A stretch of 64,000 bases of DNA from Candidatus Gottesmanbacteria bacterium (GTDB lineage Bacteria > Patescibacteriota > Microgenomatia > 2-02-FULL-39-11), in NCBI GenBank assembly GCA_016186795.1, contig JACPKY010000002.1, positions 861,892-925,891 on the forward strand, read 5' to 3'. Made by a program: the position numbers and the translations under genes. Shown here piece by piece: positions 35,477 through 45,164 of this stretch. Within the stretch, counting starts at the first letter, position 1; each line of letters starts with the position of its first letter. The notes beneath the pieces were generated by a model. That model made no database searches. It saw only the letters and a program-made list of their open reading frames with translations, and was not told where the DNA came from.

Positions 35477-35515
35477 AGGCTGATTCTATCAGGAATACTC
35501 TGTGATGCAAGAAAC

Positions 35516-36205
35516 TTACGTTCCGAATCGTCTTTTCCGGGTGGAATAATCGGTAATTGCCTCAACGAAACGCTCAGGAGTAAAATCTGGCCAGTACGTT
35601 TTCGTAAAGTAAAGCTCAGTATACTCAAGTTGCCAGAGAAGAAATCCAGATAACCTCATCTCCCCTCCGGTCCGGATAAGAAGATCAGGGTCTGGCTGAC
35701 CTGCCGTATCTAAAAACTTCTGAAATTGTTCCATTGTTACATTGTCATATTGTTGCATTGCATGATTTATGGCTCGTACGATCTCATCACGCCCACCGTA
35801 ACTTAAAGCAAGATTTACCGTCATCCGGGTATTATCTTTTGTCTTTGCCATCCACTCTTGCGTCTTTTTTTGAATATCTTTAGGAAACAGTGAGATATTA
35901 CCCAGAATGTGAATCTTTACGTTCTTTTTATGGAACCTATCTATTTTTTTATCGAGATTTTCCCGATAAAGTTTCAGAAGAAATGAGACCTCGGTTTTGC
36001 TCCGTTTCCAATTCTCTGTAGAAAAAGCCCAAAAGGTCAGATAGGGAATACCAAGTTCCAACGCTTTATCGACAATCGGCTCAATCCTTTCTTCTCCTTT
36101 CTTATGCCCTTCAAACTCAAAGAGTCCTTTTGCTTTGGCCCATCGTCTATTTCCATCCATAATTATGGCTACATGTTTGGGTAGCGATAATTGATTTTTT
36201 TCCAT
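35516..36205 (-). CDS. uppS: undecaprenyl/polyprenyl diphosphate synthase
   Basis: HVAIIMDGNRRWA, AFSTENWKR, DLLIRTGGEMRLSGF. Confidence 0.97.
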   Translation of the reverse strand: MEKNQLSLPKHVAIIMDGNRRWAKAKGLFEFEGHKKGEERIEPIVDKALELGIPYLTFWAFSTENWKRSKTEVSFLLKLYRENLDKKIDRFHKKNVKIHILGNISLFPKDIQKKTQEWMAKTKDNTRMTVNLALSYGGRDEIVRAINHAMQQYDNVTMEQFQKFLDTAGQPDPDLLIRTGGEMRLSGFLLWQLEYTELYFTKTYWPDFTPERFVEAITDYSTRKRRFGT

Positions 36206-36231
36206 ATGAAATATTATGTCACGCACTATTG

Positions 36232-37209
36232 TCAAAAAAGATGGTTGTTGGTAAGACGTGCTCCTTTTGCCGGATTATTGACAATTATCCTTTGTACCTC
36301 TTTTTCCGATTTCAAATTCGCAAGTAGCGTTTCTTGATTTTTTTTCTCACAAAAAAGATGAATATCTTGACCGGTATTGAGTGTAAAAAATACTGGCAGT
36401 CCTTCACTTCGCCATATTAATACCCTTTTTAAAAGAGTAATTGTTTCACTTGTAAAGTAAAGAAGTGGCGGTTTCGATGTAAGCATAACCGCATGAAGCT
36501 CGAGCGCCTCCTCTTCCAAAGTTTTCCCAAAGGCGAAAAAATCTTTTTGCTCTATATACGATTTCATCTCCCTAATCTTTTGTCCTATATGAGAAAGTCG
36601 AGTCGGATAAAATACACTCGTACGCGCATACTTCTGACCCTGCGTTGAAGAAACTTCTTTTTTTGTGGTACTGACAACTACCACAATATCGACGATATCC
36701 CAGTGGTCCGGTGGAAATACGGAATATGCATATGATGACTCATGTGAACTTCCGGCAGTCCACTCAACAAATCCGTCAGGAATTGAACGGCAGGCAGATC
36801 CTGACCCGAGTCTGGCAAGGATCGATAGCTCTTTTTCGGAAAGCTCAAGTCCTGCTGCGCTTGATGCAGCAAGCGTTAATGCAGCAAATCCAGATGAAGA
36901 AGAAGAAAGTCCTGTTGACGTTGGAAAAGAATTGTGACTTACAACTCTTGCTTTTGCTTTTATGTTGGCACGTTTTCTTATCCGATCGATTTGTTCAAGC
37001 ACACGACCCACAGCGTGTACATCTTCAATTTCAACAATTGTCACCTGATCTTTCTCGTAGCTATCATGAAATTCAACCGTTGTGGTTGTGGTAAGACTAC
37101 TTAGATTAACTGAAATACTACCATTTTCTGGAATACGAAGAGATTCATCAATTCTTCCCCAGTATTTGATGAGACCTACATTTGCTGGTGCAATTGCAGT
37201 TGCTTTCAT
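36232..37209 (-). CDS. mvaD: diphosphomevalonate decarboxylase
   Basis: NVGLIKYWG, GLSSSSSG, RLGSGSACRS. Confidence 0.93.
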   Translation of the reverse strand: MKATAIAPANVGLIKYWGRIDESLRIPENGSISVNLSSLTTTTTVEFHDSYEKDQVTIVEIEDVHAVGRVLEQIDRIRKRANIKAKARVVSHNSFPTSTGLSSSSSGFAALTLAASSAAGLELSEKELSILARLGSGSACRSIPDGFVEWTAGSSHESSYAYSVFPPDHWDIVDIVVVVSTTKKEVSSTQGQKYARTSVFYPTRLSHIGQKIREMKSYIEQKDFFAFGKTLEEEALELHAVMLTSKPPLLYFTSETITLLKRVLIWRSEGLPVFFTLNTGQDIHLFCEKKNQETLLANLKSEKEVQRIIVNNPAKGARLTNNHLF

Positions 37210-38123
37210 AATTGCCTCACTCCTTTGGAAGAAAAGTTTAACGGTACCATTGGTATTCCCGCTTTTTTTAATGTTTCGTACATAATTTGTTTAGAGTTCT
37301 TCCAGCACAGAACAATTATACAATCTCCTCCACCTGCTCCTGATAACTTTGCACCCAACGCTCCATGATGTTTTGCAACAAAAATCATCTCGTCCAACCG
37401 ATTAGTGCTTACGCCAAGCATGGAAAGCATTCGTTGATTCTCATCCATAATGCCGCCTAAACGTTTCCAATCTCTGTTATTAAAAGCCTGAATCCCTTCC
37501 TTAACTAAATGACCAATCGAAGAAAAAATGGCGTCGATTCTTTGTGATTCTCTTTCTTTTTGCTCAGAAACCTGCTCCACTAATGTCGAAGTATCAGCTT
37601 TCACGGTACTAAACCCAACAAGGAAGGGGAAATCTTTGATATTGATTTTTTTTACTTGTTTTGTTTTCCCATCAAAAAGAATAACTCCACCATAAATCGT
37701 TGTTGCCACATCATATCCTGATGCTTTTGGTTGGATTTTCTTTACCGCCTCATATGAAAGGTCAAATACCTTTTGTTTCGAAAAAGAAATCGCATAAAAC
37801 TGCAAAAGAGCGGTAATTGTTGCTACTGCCACTGCACTTGATGAACCCAAACCATATCCTGAAATTTCACTTTTGATCGTAATGTGCATAGGTACTCTCC
37901 GAACGGCATTTTTTTGAAAAAATACATCCTTTGCTACGCGGATGAATCGATCGTCTGAAACACTAGATGTCACTTTGTCGGCTCTTAAACCTTCCGAAAG
38001 TTCAACGGTTACTCCCCTATCTATGGCAAATGAAATACATGGATACCCATATACCACAGCATGTTCCCCAAGAAGCATGAGTTTTCCTGGAGCAAAAACG
38101 CGTATACTGTTAGTCTTTTTCAT
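37206..38123 (-). CDS. GHMP kinase, probable phosphomevalonate kinase
   Basis: PGKLMLLGEH, GLGSSSA, SGYDVA, SGAGGGDC; lies between mvk and mvaD. Confidence 0.75.
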   Translation of the reverse strand: MKKTNSIRVFAPGKLMLLGEHAVVYGYPCISFAIDRGVTVELSEGLRADKVTSSVSDDRFIRVAKDVFFQKNAVRRVPMHITIKSEISGYGLGSSSAVAVATITALLQFYAISFSKQKVFDLSYEAVKKIQPKASGYDVATTIYGGVILFDGKTKQVKKINIKDFPFLVGFSTVKADTSTLVEQVSEQKERESQRIDAIFSSIGHLVKEGIQAFNNRDWKRLGGIMDENQRMLSMLGVSTNRLDEMIFVAKHHGALGAKLSGAGGGDCIIVLCWKNSKQIMYETLKKAGIPMVPLNFSSKGVRQL

Positions 38124-39066
38124 CTATTCTTATTCCTTCTTGCCCCAAAACGACTGGATAAAAAGGAATGGAAAAACGCTTACTAATGGTCTCTATTCTA
38201 GAAGGTTTTTCATGAAAACAGAGAATCATTCCACTTCCTTTGGCAATCCCGCCTGCACCGGAAATTTTTCCTACTCCTCCACTCTTTTCAAGTTCCCGAA
38301 TTATGCTTTGGGCTTTTTTTCCTACCACTCCAATTTTTTCTAAATTTTTCTCCCCTGAAAAAAGTGCGCTTTTCATATCTACAATATTGCCTGTCTTCAA
38401 TGATAAAAGAAGCTTTTTCGTCTGATACTCCTGGTCTGCGAATATACTCTCGAACAATTCTTTCTTTTTTTTATAAGATAAAGCAACTTGTTCTACCATC
38501 TCTCGTGTTGGTTCCTTCGGTTTACCGCTGTGGAGAAGGAAAAATTTGGGAAATGTATATGAGGAAATCGGAAGAGACCAGATTGATTTAAGAAATTCAA
38601 ACTCTTTCCGAAACCAAACCAACCCTCCAAAAACAACCGTTGTATTATCAGCTCCTGACGGATTTCCATGGGTTATTTTCTCAATACTATAGGTAAATTC
38701 ATTTATTTTGTTTGGATTCCAGGTATTTTTAACGACGTTGAGATATGCACCGACAAGCGCTGCCGAAACTGCAGCAGATGACCCAAGTCCTGATCCAATT
38801 GGAAGATTTGAACGAACAGAAATATTCAATTCTGTTGCCTGGGGAAGAGGGAATTTCTCTTGAAGAAAAGAGGCTATTTTTTTTATAAATTGTCTATTGT
38901 GAGAGGCATCTATCTGAACAATGCTTTGTTTTTTGGGAGAAGTTTTTCTTTTCACTGTTACATACGTCCGAAGATTTATCGCGGATAACAATGCTGGTTT
39001 TCCATATACAACAGTATGTTCTCCTAAAAGGTGAACTTTCCCGGGAGCTGAAACAGTGATTGACAT
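38110..39066 (-). CDS. mvk: mevalonate kinase
   Basis: APGKVHLLGEH, PIGSGLGSSAA, HGNPSGAD. Confidence 0.92.
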   Translation of the reverse strand: MSITVSAPGKVHLLGEHTVVYGKPALLSAINLRTYVTVKRKTSPKKQSIVQIDASHNRQFIKKIASFLQEKFPLPQATELNISVRSNLPIGSGLGSSAAVSAALVGAYLNVVKNTWNPNKINEFTYSIEKITHGNPSGADNTTVVFGGLVWFRKEFEFLKSIWSLPISSYTFPKFFLLHSGKPKEPTREMVEQVALSYKKKKELFESIFADQEYQTKKLLLSLKTGNIVDMKSALFSGEKNLEKIGVVGKKAQSIIRELEKSGGVGKISGAGGIAKGSGMILCFHEKPSRIETISKRFSIPFYPVVLGQEGIRIDEKD

Positions 39067-39067
39067 G

Positions 39068-39376
39068 CTATGAGTCAAGAGGCTTACATTTCACACCGTA
39101 TGGAATAACGCCTTCAAGTCCCGGATCCCTGGTCTTTCGTAACACTGTCACAACTTTTTGTCCAAGTCGCAGATGTCGTTCCTCCCAATCAACAAGTTGT
39201 GAAGTTAACCTTTTTTTATTTGAAAACTCGGCAATAACAACAATGTAGGGGGCATGGGATTTAAATCCGATTGGTGGAACGTGAATTTTCGTCCAAGAGG
39301 TAATAATTCCGGAAAGTCCCAGCATCGAACGGACATATTTCTGATTTCGCCAAATCTTTACGGGAGAGACGATCAT
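39068..39376 (-). CDS. DUF35-like OB-fold scaffold protein without zinc ribbon
   Basis: PVKIWR, PYIVVIAE, GQKV..VLRK..GVIPYGVK; follows the thiolase. Confidence 0.82.
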   Translation of the reverse strand: MIVSPVKIWRNQKYVRSMLGLSGIITSWTKIHVPPIGFKSHAPYIVVIAEFSNKKRLTSQLVDWEERHLRLGQKVVTVLRKTRDPGLEGVIPYGVKCKPLDS

Positions 39377-39387
39377 AAAGCCTTGTA

Positions 39388-40533
39388 TTACGACTGTAAC
39401 GCGAGAATATGAATAACTGCCGTTGCTCCACTTCCCCCCACATTATGGGTTAATCCAACTCGTGCACCTTGGATCTGCTTTGGTCCGGCAATGCCCAAAA
39501 GCTGCTGATAGGTTTCAACAATCTGTTTCACTCCTGTTGCTCCAACTGGATGACCAGAGGCTTTCAGCCCCCCGGAAATATTCACAACCAGCTTTTTCCC
39601 AATTCGTGTTTCCCCTTCCAGAATGGATTTTCCGGCAATTCCCCGAGGGAAAAATCCTAAATCTTCCATGGCAATAATTTCTGCGATAGTAAAACAATCA
39701 TGAACCTCGGCAACATCAACATCTTTCGGACCAATTCCCGCTATTTCATACGCATTGGATGAGGCGCGGACTGCAGATTGTAATGTTGTCAAGTCATGTC
39801 TCTCAGAAAGACCGAGTGTATCTGTAGAAACAGATGATGCAACGATAGCGACATGTTTTTTTGATTTCGGCTTCACCGTACTTATAACGACAGCTGCCGC
39901 TCCGTCTGAAATTGGTGAACAATCAAGAAGCTTTAAAGGGGATGCAACAACAGGGCTTCGTAATACTTTTTTGATTGTTACCGGTGAGGTAAAATGGGCG
40001 TGCGAGTTTAGTGACGCATGATAATGGTTTTTTACTGATACAGCTGCCATTTCTTCTTCGGTTGTTCCATACTTTTCCATGTGAGCCCGGGCAATGAGTG
40101 CATAGAGAGCAGGAAACGTTGCACCAGCTTCTCGCTCTGCCTCAGATCCGGCACCCATAAGCAGGGACGCTACCTCTTCCGGTTGATAATCTGTCATTTT
40201 TTCAACGCCAACAACCAACACATTCTCATAGCTTCCAGACAATGCGGCAAGGACACCGGCATGCATTGCCAACCCTCCAGACGCACACGCACCTTCTACT
40301 CTCATAGCTGGAACGATCATACCTAATTCTTCAGCAAAAAATGCGCCTAAATGTTCCTGATTCCCAAGCGCTCCCGAGAGCATATTGCCAACAAAAATTG
40401 CTTGAATATCTTTACTATTTAACCCGGATTGTGTGAGCGCGTCATTCACCGCATTCCCTACAAGCGTTCGCGGGGAAATATTCCATAGTTCTCCAAATTT
40501 CGTTGTTGCAGCTCCCCGAAGGTATACCTTCAT
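39388..40533 (-). CDS. acetyl-CoA C-acetyltransferase (archaeal-type thiolase)
   Basis: EGACASG, DCSPISDGAAA, EVHDCF, GHPVGATG, HNVGG. Confidence 0.93.
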   Translation of the reverse strand: MKVYLRGAATTKFGELWNISPRTLVGNAVNDALTQSGLNSKDIQAIFVGNMLSGALGNQEHLGAFFAEELGMIVPAMRVEGACASGGLAMHAGVLAALSGSYENVLVVGVEKMTDYQPEEVASLLMGAGSEAEREAGATFPALYALIARAHMEKYGTTEEEMAAVSVKNHYHASLNSHAHFTSPVTIKKVLRSPVVASPLKLLDCSPISDGAAAVVISTVKPKSKKHVAIVASSVSTDTLGLSERHDLTTLQSAVRASSNAYEIAGIGPKDVDVAEVHDCFTIAEIIAMEDLGFFPRGIAGKSILEGETRIGKKLVVNISGGLKASGHPVGATGVKQIVETYQQLLGIAGPKQIQGARVGLTHNVGGSGATAVIHILALQS

Positions 40534-41570
40534 ATTTTCCCTCCCATACGAAGATATTCAACGTACGATATATATCGTTTCTTTTTCATAAAATCAGATA
40601 CATGTGGAACTTTCCCTCTTTTTTTTGTAATTGCGGAAGTTGTCTCAAAAACGAAAGCGTCAGATCCGGCTCCAGATCCATATGACGCCATAAAAATCTT
40701 CTGTTTCGGTTTCGCAATATCCAAAACCGCAGATAAACCTATAAGGGATGATGCAGAATACGGATTTCCGATAAAATCAACTGTTAAAGATGGCGCAAGT
40801 TGCTTCTCACTAAATCCAAGGCGTCTTGCCACATCGCGAGGAAACTTCCCATTCGGCATATGGAATACACAATAATCAAAATCCGAAGCATCAGTTTTTG
40901 TTTTGGAAAAAAGCTGACGTGCTGCCCCTTCCACATGCGCATAATATGAAGGTGTTCCGGTAAATCTCCCTCCGTGCGTTGGGAACTTCACTCCATCTCG
41001 TCTCCAAAAATCTGGAGTATCTGAGGAGTATGAGGTCCAATCAAGAAGTGTGGCAATTGCCTCAGGTGAGTTTCTCCCAATTAGATATGAAGAAGCAGCT
41101 GATGCTGCGGTGTATTCCAAAATATCATGCGGTTTTGCCTGTGCAGTATCTGTACCGATACAAAGACCTACCTCTGCCTTTTTTGATTCAACGAGCGCCG
41201 AGATTGCGATTAACCCTGTTGTTGCTGCTTTACAGGCAAACTCAAGGTCGGAAGCCAAGTAGTTTTTCCCAATACCTAAAAATTCTGCAACAATTGTTGA
41301 AGTAGGATTAACTGCATAGGGATGACTTTCAGAACCTACAAAACATACATCGACCCGTGATGGATTGATATTCGCATATTCAAATGCATATTTTGACGCC
41401 TCGTAGGCAAGAGTAACCGCATCCTCATCATACCCGGCAACAGATTTTTCCCCAACAGAAAGTGAACTCACAAGTTCCCTCGGATTTTTTCCCCAGACTG
41501 AGGCGGTATCGGCCGTTTTCACCCGATACAATGGAATATAGACACCGTAGCCTAAAATACCAACATTCAT
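40530..41570 (-). CDS. HMG-CoA synthase, archaeal type
   Basis: GSESHPYAV, EFACKAAT, DTPDFWRR, FHMPNGKFP, SYGSGAGSD. Confidence 0.95.
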   Translation of the reverse strand: MNVGILGYGVYIPLYRVKTADTASVWGKNPRELVSSLSVGEKSVAGYDEDAVTLAYEASKYAFEYANINPSRVDVCFVGSESHPYAVNPTSTIVAEFLGIGKNYLASDLEFACKAATTGLIAISALVESKKAEVGLCIGTDTAQAKPHDILEYTAASAASSYLIGRNSPEAIATLLDWTSYSSDTPDFWRRDGVKFPTHGGRFTGTPSYYAHVEGAARQLFSKTKTDASDFDYCVFHMPNGKFPRDVARRLGFSEKQLAPSLTVDFIGNPYSASSLIGLSAVLDIAKPKQKIFMASYGSGAGSDAFVFETTSAITKKRGKVPHVSDFMKKKRYISYVEYLRMGGKI

Positions 41571-41573
41571 ACC

Positions 41574-42722
41574 TTATTTTCCGCGAGCAAATTTTTGGTG
41601 GGAAGAGGCTAGACTACCAACAGAGAGAGAGGCAAGAAGAGATATTTCTCCTGCCAAAACTGCCCCGCCGACAATTTCAGCAAGGGTAGCTGCGTTTTTT
41701 CCGTTTTTCCCTCCCGCAACTCCTAAGATATCTAACGCTTCATTTTGTGCAGGAAGGGATGTTCCTCCTCCAACAGTTCCAATAACCAGGCTTGGCAAAT
41801 AGACAGATAGATATAATCCTTGTTTCGTCATTTGAGTCGTAGTAATTCCTAAACTTCCTTCAACAACATGAGCTACATCTTGACCTGTTGCAATAAACAG
41901 CGCCGCGACAACATTGGCAAAGTGCGCATTAAAACCCAATGACCCACTCATCATGGATCCATAGACGCATTTGGCTAACCAAGTTTCATAGAGTTTTTGG
42001 GCTGTCGTTTTCAGTACGGAGGAAAGTACCTTCTCGGAAAGAATGACTTCTGCCCAAACTTTCCATCCACGATTCTCGATAAAATTAAGCCATGCCGCTT
42101 TTTTATCTATATCGAAATTGCCTGCAAGCGATAGGCATTTAAATCCTGTTTCGTGTTCAAGAAACTCAGCCATTTTTTGTGTGGCAATCGTGGCCATATT
42201 CATTCCCATCGCATCCTGAGTATCGAAGGAAAAGCGGACAAAAACGTGTTGGCTAAGGGTGTTCACTTTTATTTTGTCCAATTTCAGATGATTCGACGTC
42301 TCTTGAGCTTCCTTTCGTAATCTATCCCCATGAGTTTTAATCCAGCGATAGAGCTTCTCACTATTTTCTATTGAACCGGTATAGAAAACTGGGCCACGAG
42401 TTATTCCAACACGGTGACAATTAACAATTCCTCCTCCGCTTTGAGAAATCGCTTTGCAACCACGGTTTATCGAAGCAACAAGGGCTCCCTCTGTCGTTGC
42501 CAATGGGAGATAAAACGTTCCTTTGGCAACAGATCCTCTAATGTGAATCGGTCCGGCAATACCCAGAGGAATTGATGTTGCACCCACCATGTTTTCACAG
42601 TTATGGGACGACGCCACTTCTAAACTCTCTGGGTAGGTTGAGACAGAAGAAAAACTCTTTTTTGTTATCGTCTCCAACAGCTTCCGACGTACTCTCACAG
42701 TCTTTGCATCTTGCAGTTTCAT
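41574..42722 (-). CDS. hmgA: HMG-CoA reductase, class I (NADPH)
   Basis: CENMVG, PLATTEGALVAS, DAMGMNM, ATGQD, GTVGGGT. Confidence 0.95.
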   Translation of the reverse strand: MKLQDAKTVRVRRKLLETITKKSFSSVSTYPESLEVASSHNCENMVGATSIPLGIAGPIHIRGSVAKGTFYLPLATTEGALVASINRGCKAISQSGGGIVNCHRVGITRGPVFYTGSIENSEKLYRWIKTHGDRLRKEAQETSNHLKLDKIKVNTLSQHVFVRFSFDTQDAMGMNMATIATQKMAEFLEHETGFKCLSLAGNFDIDKKAAWLNFIENRGWKVWAEVILSEKVLSSVLKTTAQKLYETWLAKCVYGSMMSGSLGFNAHFANVVAALFIATGQDVAHVVEGSLGITTTQMTKQGLYLSVYLPSLVIGTVGGGTSLPAQNEALDILGVAGGKNGKNAATLAEIVGGAVLAGEISLLASLSVGSLASSHQKFARGK

Positions 42723-42725
42723 ACG

Positions 42726-43352
42726 TTAAAGAAACGGTACACGAAAGATTCGCAGCATATAAAATACTGTCGATAATCCAACAATGAGAGGAACAACAAG
42801 AAGCGTAATGAGTCCGATTTTTAACAGATCCAAGCGGAGAGCAAATCTGAGAGTCAAATAATACAAAATTATTTTCCAAAAGAAAAGGGAGAGGGTGAGA
42901 GTGAGAAAAATAACACTAAAAAGTTTCCCTAAAAACGCTTCGGTTCTTGGGGGTGGAAGAAAAATATAAAGAAGCGAGGTAAGAAAAAACCAGATCGTTG
43001 TAGGAAGAAGGCTATATGTCCAAAGAATTGTTAACGTTTTTACTGATCCTTTCCCTCCTAAGAGTTTTCCAAGTGTTATAAAAAAAACGATCATGGTAGT
43101 AAATCCAAAAATAAACGCCGCAAAAAGGACGTTGAAATGAACTGAAAGCAAGAATGGGTACGACTTCCCGATACGAATAAAACTAGCAAAGATAAAATAG
43201 GCAATAACAAGAAGGAATACGAAAAGAAAATGACGGTGATCAGTTTTTTCAACAGAAAGCCTCCGATAGGTAACATACGGGTTATGGAATGTTCCAACAG
43301 CATTTGTTACAAAAAGGAGAGAAAGTTTCACGAGGGTGGTTACACGTATCAT
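42726..43352 (-). CDS. YIP1-like polytopic membrane protein
   Basis: P..TYRRL motif followed by 5 TM helices; start at ATG 43352. Confidence 0.65.
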   Translation of the reverse strand: MIRVTTLVKLSLLFVTNAVGTFHNPYVTYRRLSVEKTDHRHFLFVFLLVIAYFIFASFIRIGKSYPFLLSVHFNVLFAAFIFGFTTMIVFFITLGKLLGGKGSVKTLTILWTYSLLPTTIWFFLTSLLYIFLPPPRTEAFLGKLFSVIFLTLTLSLFFWKIILYYLTLRFALRLDLLKIGLITLLVVPLIVGLSTVFYMLRIFRVPFL

Positions 43353-43363
43353 GGAATTTTCCC

Positions 43364-43597
43364 TTAGAACCCAAACTGTAGAAGAGATGCAATTTTCACG
43401 ACCGTTGAACCAAGGAGGAAATATAAAAATACACTCAAGAGAAAAGAGAAGGTTACAGTACTTCTCCACGGGGCAAATTTCAAATACGGAACTATCCGTT
43501 TGTACGCAAACGTCAACGGCCCTAGTGTCTGAGGGGGAACAACTGTCATCTCCTGCATCTTGGCAACTAAAAGCTCATACACTCTATCGTTTTTCAT
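43364..43597 (-). CDS. small membrane protein, possible anti-sigma factor
   Basis: C-terminal TM; overlaps the ECF sigma stop. Confidence 0.5.
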   Translation of the reverse strand: MKNDRVYELLVAKMQEMTVVPPQTLGPLTFAYKRIVPYLKFAPWRSTVTFSFLLSVFLYFLLGSTVVKIASLLQFGF

Positions 43598-44130
43598 ACA
43601 GAATATGCAAGAACGAATGCTCTCCGTGCCCGGAAAAGCAAACTTTCCGCACTTTTAAATGAAATAGCTAACTTTTTAGCAATTTCTTCAACAGAGTAGC
43701 CGTAAATATACTTCAACCGGAGTATCTTACTCTGGTTTGGTGCAAGCTTTCCGAAGGTTTTTCGAATTTTCTCCCGAAGCAACACTTCATCAAGAGTACT
43801 TTCGGGTCCAAGAAGCGTTGAGAGAATCGGTTCGATCTCGACAAACTTGGAAAATACTACCTGTTTGATCTTTTTTTTCCTGTAATAATCAATGATTTTA
43901 TGGACTGCAATACTACATATAAATGTATAGAGAGAACTCCGAAACGAAAAATCACGAAGCGCTTCTAGCGTTGCCAGAAAAACATCCTGAAGAATTTCCT
44001 CAGCGTCATGCTCATTTCCAACTTTTGCTCGTATAAAGGAAAAAAGACGTGGCTGATATATATGGTAAAATTTCCGAAGAGAAGGCTCATCTCCTGAAAG
44101 GATGTGTGTTACGATCTGTTTTTCGTCCAT
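43594..44130 (-). CDS. ECF RNA polymerase sigma factor
   Basis: DAEEILQDVF, region 4 YSVEEIAKKL..ESLLFRAR. Confidence 0.93.
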   Translation of the reverse strand: MDEKQIVTHILSGDEPSLRKFYHIYQPRLFSFIRAKVGNEHDAEEILQDVFLATLEALRDFSFRSSLYTFICSIAVHKIIDYYRKKKIKQVVFSKFVEIEPILSTLLGPESTLDEVLLREKIRKTFGKLAPNQSKILRLKYIYGYSVEEIAKKLAISFKSAESLLFRARRAFVLAYSV

Positions 44131-44175
44131 ATTTATACCTATCTTAGTCGAAAAATCCAGATCTTTCATGTAATT

Positions 44176-44343
44176 TAGAACTCGTTTCAAAACCTCATTT
44201 CTACTGCAAACGCCCATATTCAGCTACACACGGTTCAAAGCTCCTAGAAGTATCACTTCGTGTATACTCCGTCGTCACTTTTCACCGTGTTCGCATGAAT
44301 ATGAACATTTTCGCGACGAAAGCAGGTTTTGAAATGAGTTCTA
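44176..44343. mobile_element. MITE-like element, 168 bp, 20-bp terminal inverted repeats
   Basis: TAGAACTCGTTTCAAAACCT / AGGTTTTGAAATGAGTTCTA (19/20); nested internal IRs; no ORF. Confidence 0.75.
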
Positions 44344-44406
44344 GTATTGTACCCCTCCTTCCCTCGTTTGACAAATACTCAAAAACTCCCCTACACTACA
44401 AGTAGT

Positions 44407-44730
44407 ATGTTTGCAAAACCAGTGTATGCGGTGAATGTCTGCGATGTTTGGACCTTTTGTAATAATAAGAATTTTGCTTCGCTTGGAAGCATTGTCTCGT
44501 TCTTCCTTCCCAAACTTATCCTGGCTGGGGCTGTCATCTTTTTTATCCTGATTATCGTTGCCGGAGTTGGAGTTATTTCCGGAGCAGGTGGTGATGATGC
44601 CAACGCCAAAGAACAATCCAAGATGTTTTTGACATACGCTGTCATTGGACTTCTTCTTATTTTTGGGGCATACTGGATACTGCAGATTCTCAATTTTATC
44701 TTAGGTGGATCGCTTGGCGGATTATTATAG
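44407..44730 (+). CDS. VirB2-like CPR pilin
   Basis: PVYA; TM-SGAGGDDANAKEQSK-TM. Confidence 0.8.
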   Translation: MFAKPVYAVNVCDVWTFCNNKNFASLGSIVSFFLPKLILAGAVIFFILIIVAGVGVISGAGGDDANAKEQSKMFLTYAVIGLLLIFGAYWILQILNFILGGSLGGLL

Positions 44731-44735
44731 TACCA

Positions 44736-45164
44736 ATGAAAAACTTCAACTTTTTGTTAACTATGGCTTTCCTTTTGGCTTTTGGTGTTACTATCCTTTT
44801 ACCAGTTCAAGAAGTCTTTGCACAAACGAATCCTATTGGCGTCATTATTGCACCAACTGGAGGACTGCTTGCAACACCTGCAATTGATGCGTCAGGAAAG
44901 CTTACCGGGGTTATTGCTCTTTTAAATTCCATCCTGAGACTTATATTTATCACTGCAGGGCTCTGGGGATTTATTAATCTCCTTATTTCGGGATTTCAAT
45001 TTATGACTGCAGGAGGCGACCCAAAAGCAATTTCGAAAGCTTGGGAAAAAATTTGGCAATCATTCTTGGGGCTTCTGATTATTGTCACGTCATTTTTACT
45101 GGCAGCAATTATCGGTATCCTCTTATTTAGAGATCCTGTTGCCATTCTTCAGCCTTCACTATGA
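44736..45164 (+). CDS. VirB2-like CPR pilin
   Basis: GFQFMTAGGDPKAISKAW. Confidence 0.87.
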   Translation: MKNFNFLLTMAFLLAFGVTILLPVQEVFAQTNPIGVIIAPTGGLLATPAIDASGKLTGVIALLNSILRLIFITAGLWGFINLLISGFQFMTAGGDPKAISKAWEKIWQSFLGLLIIVTSFLLAAIIGILLFRDPVAILQPSL

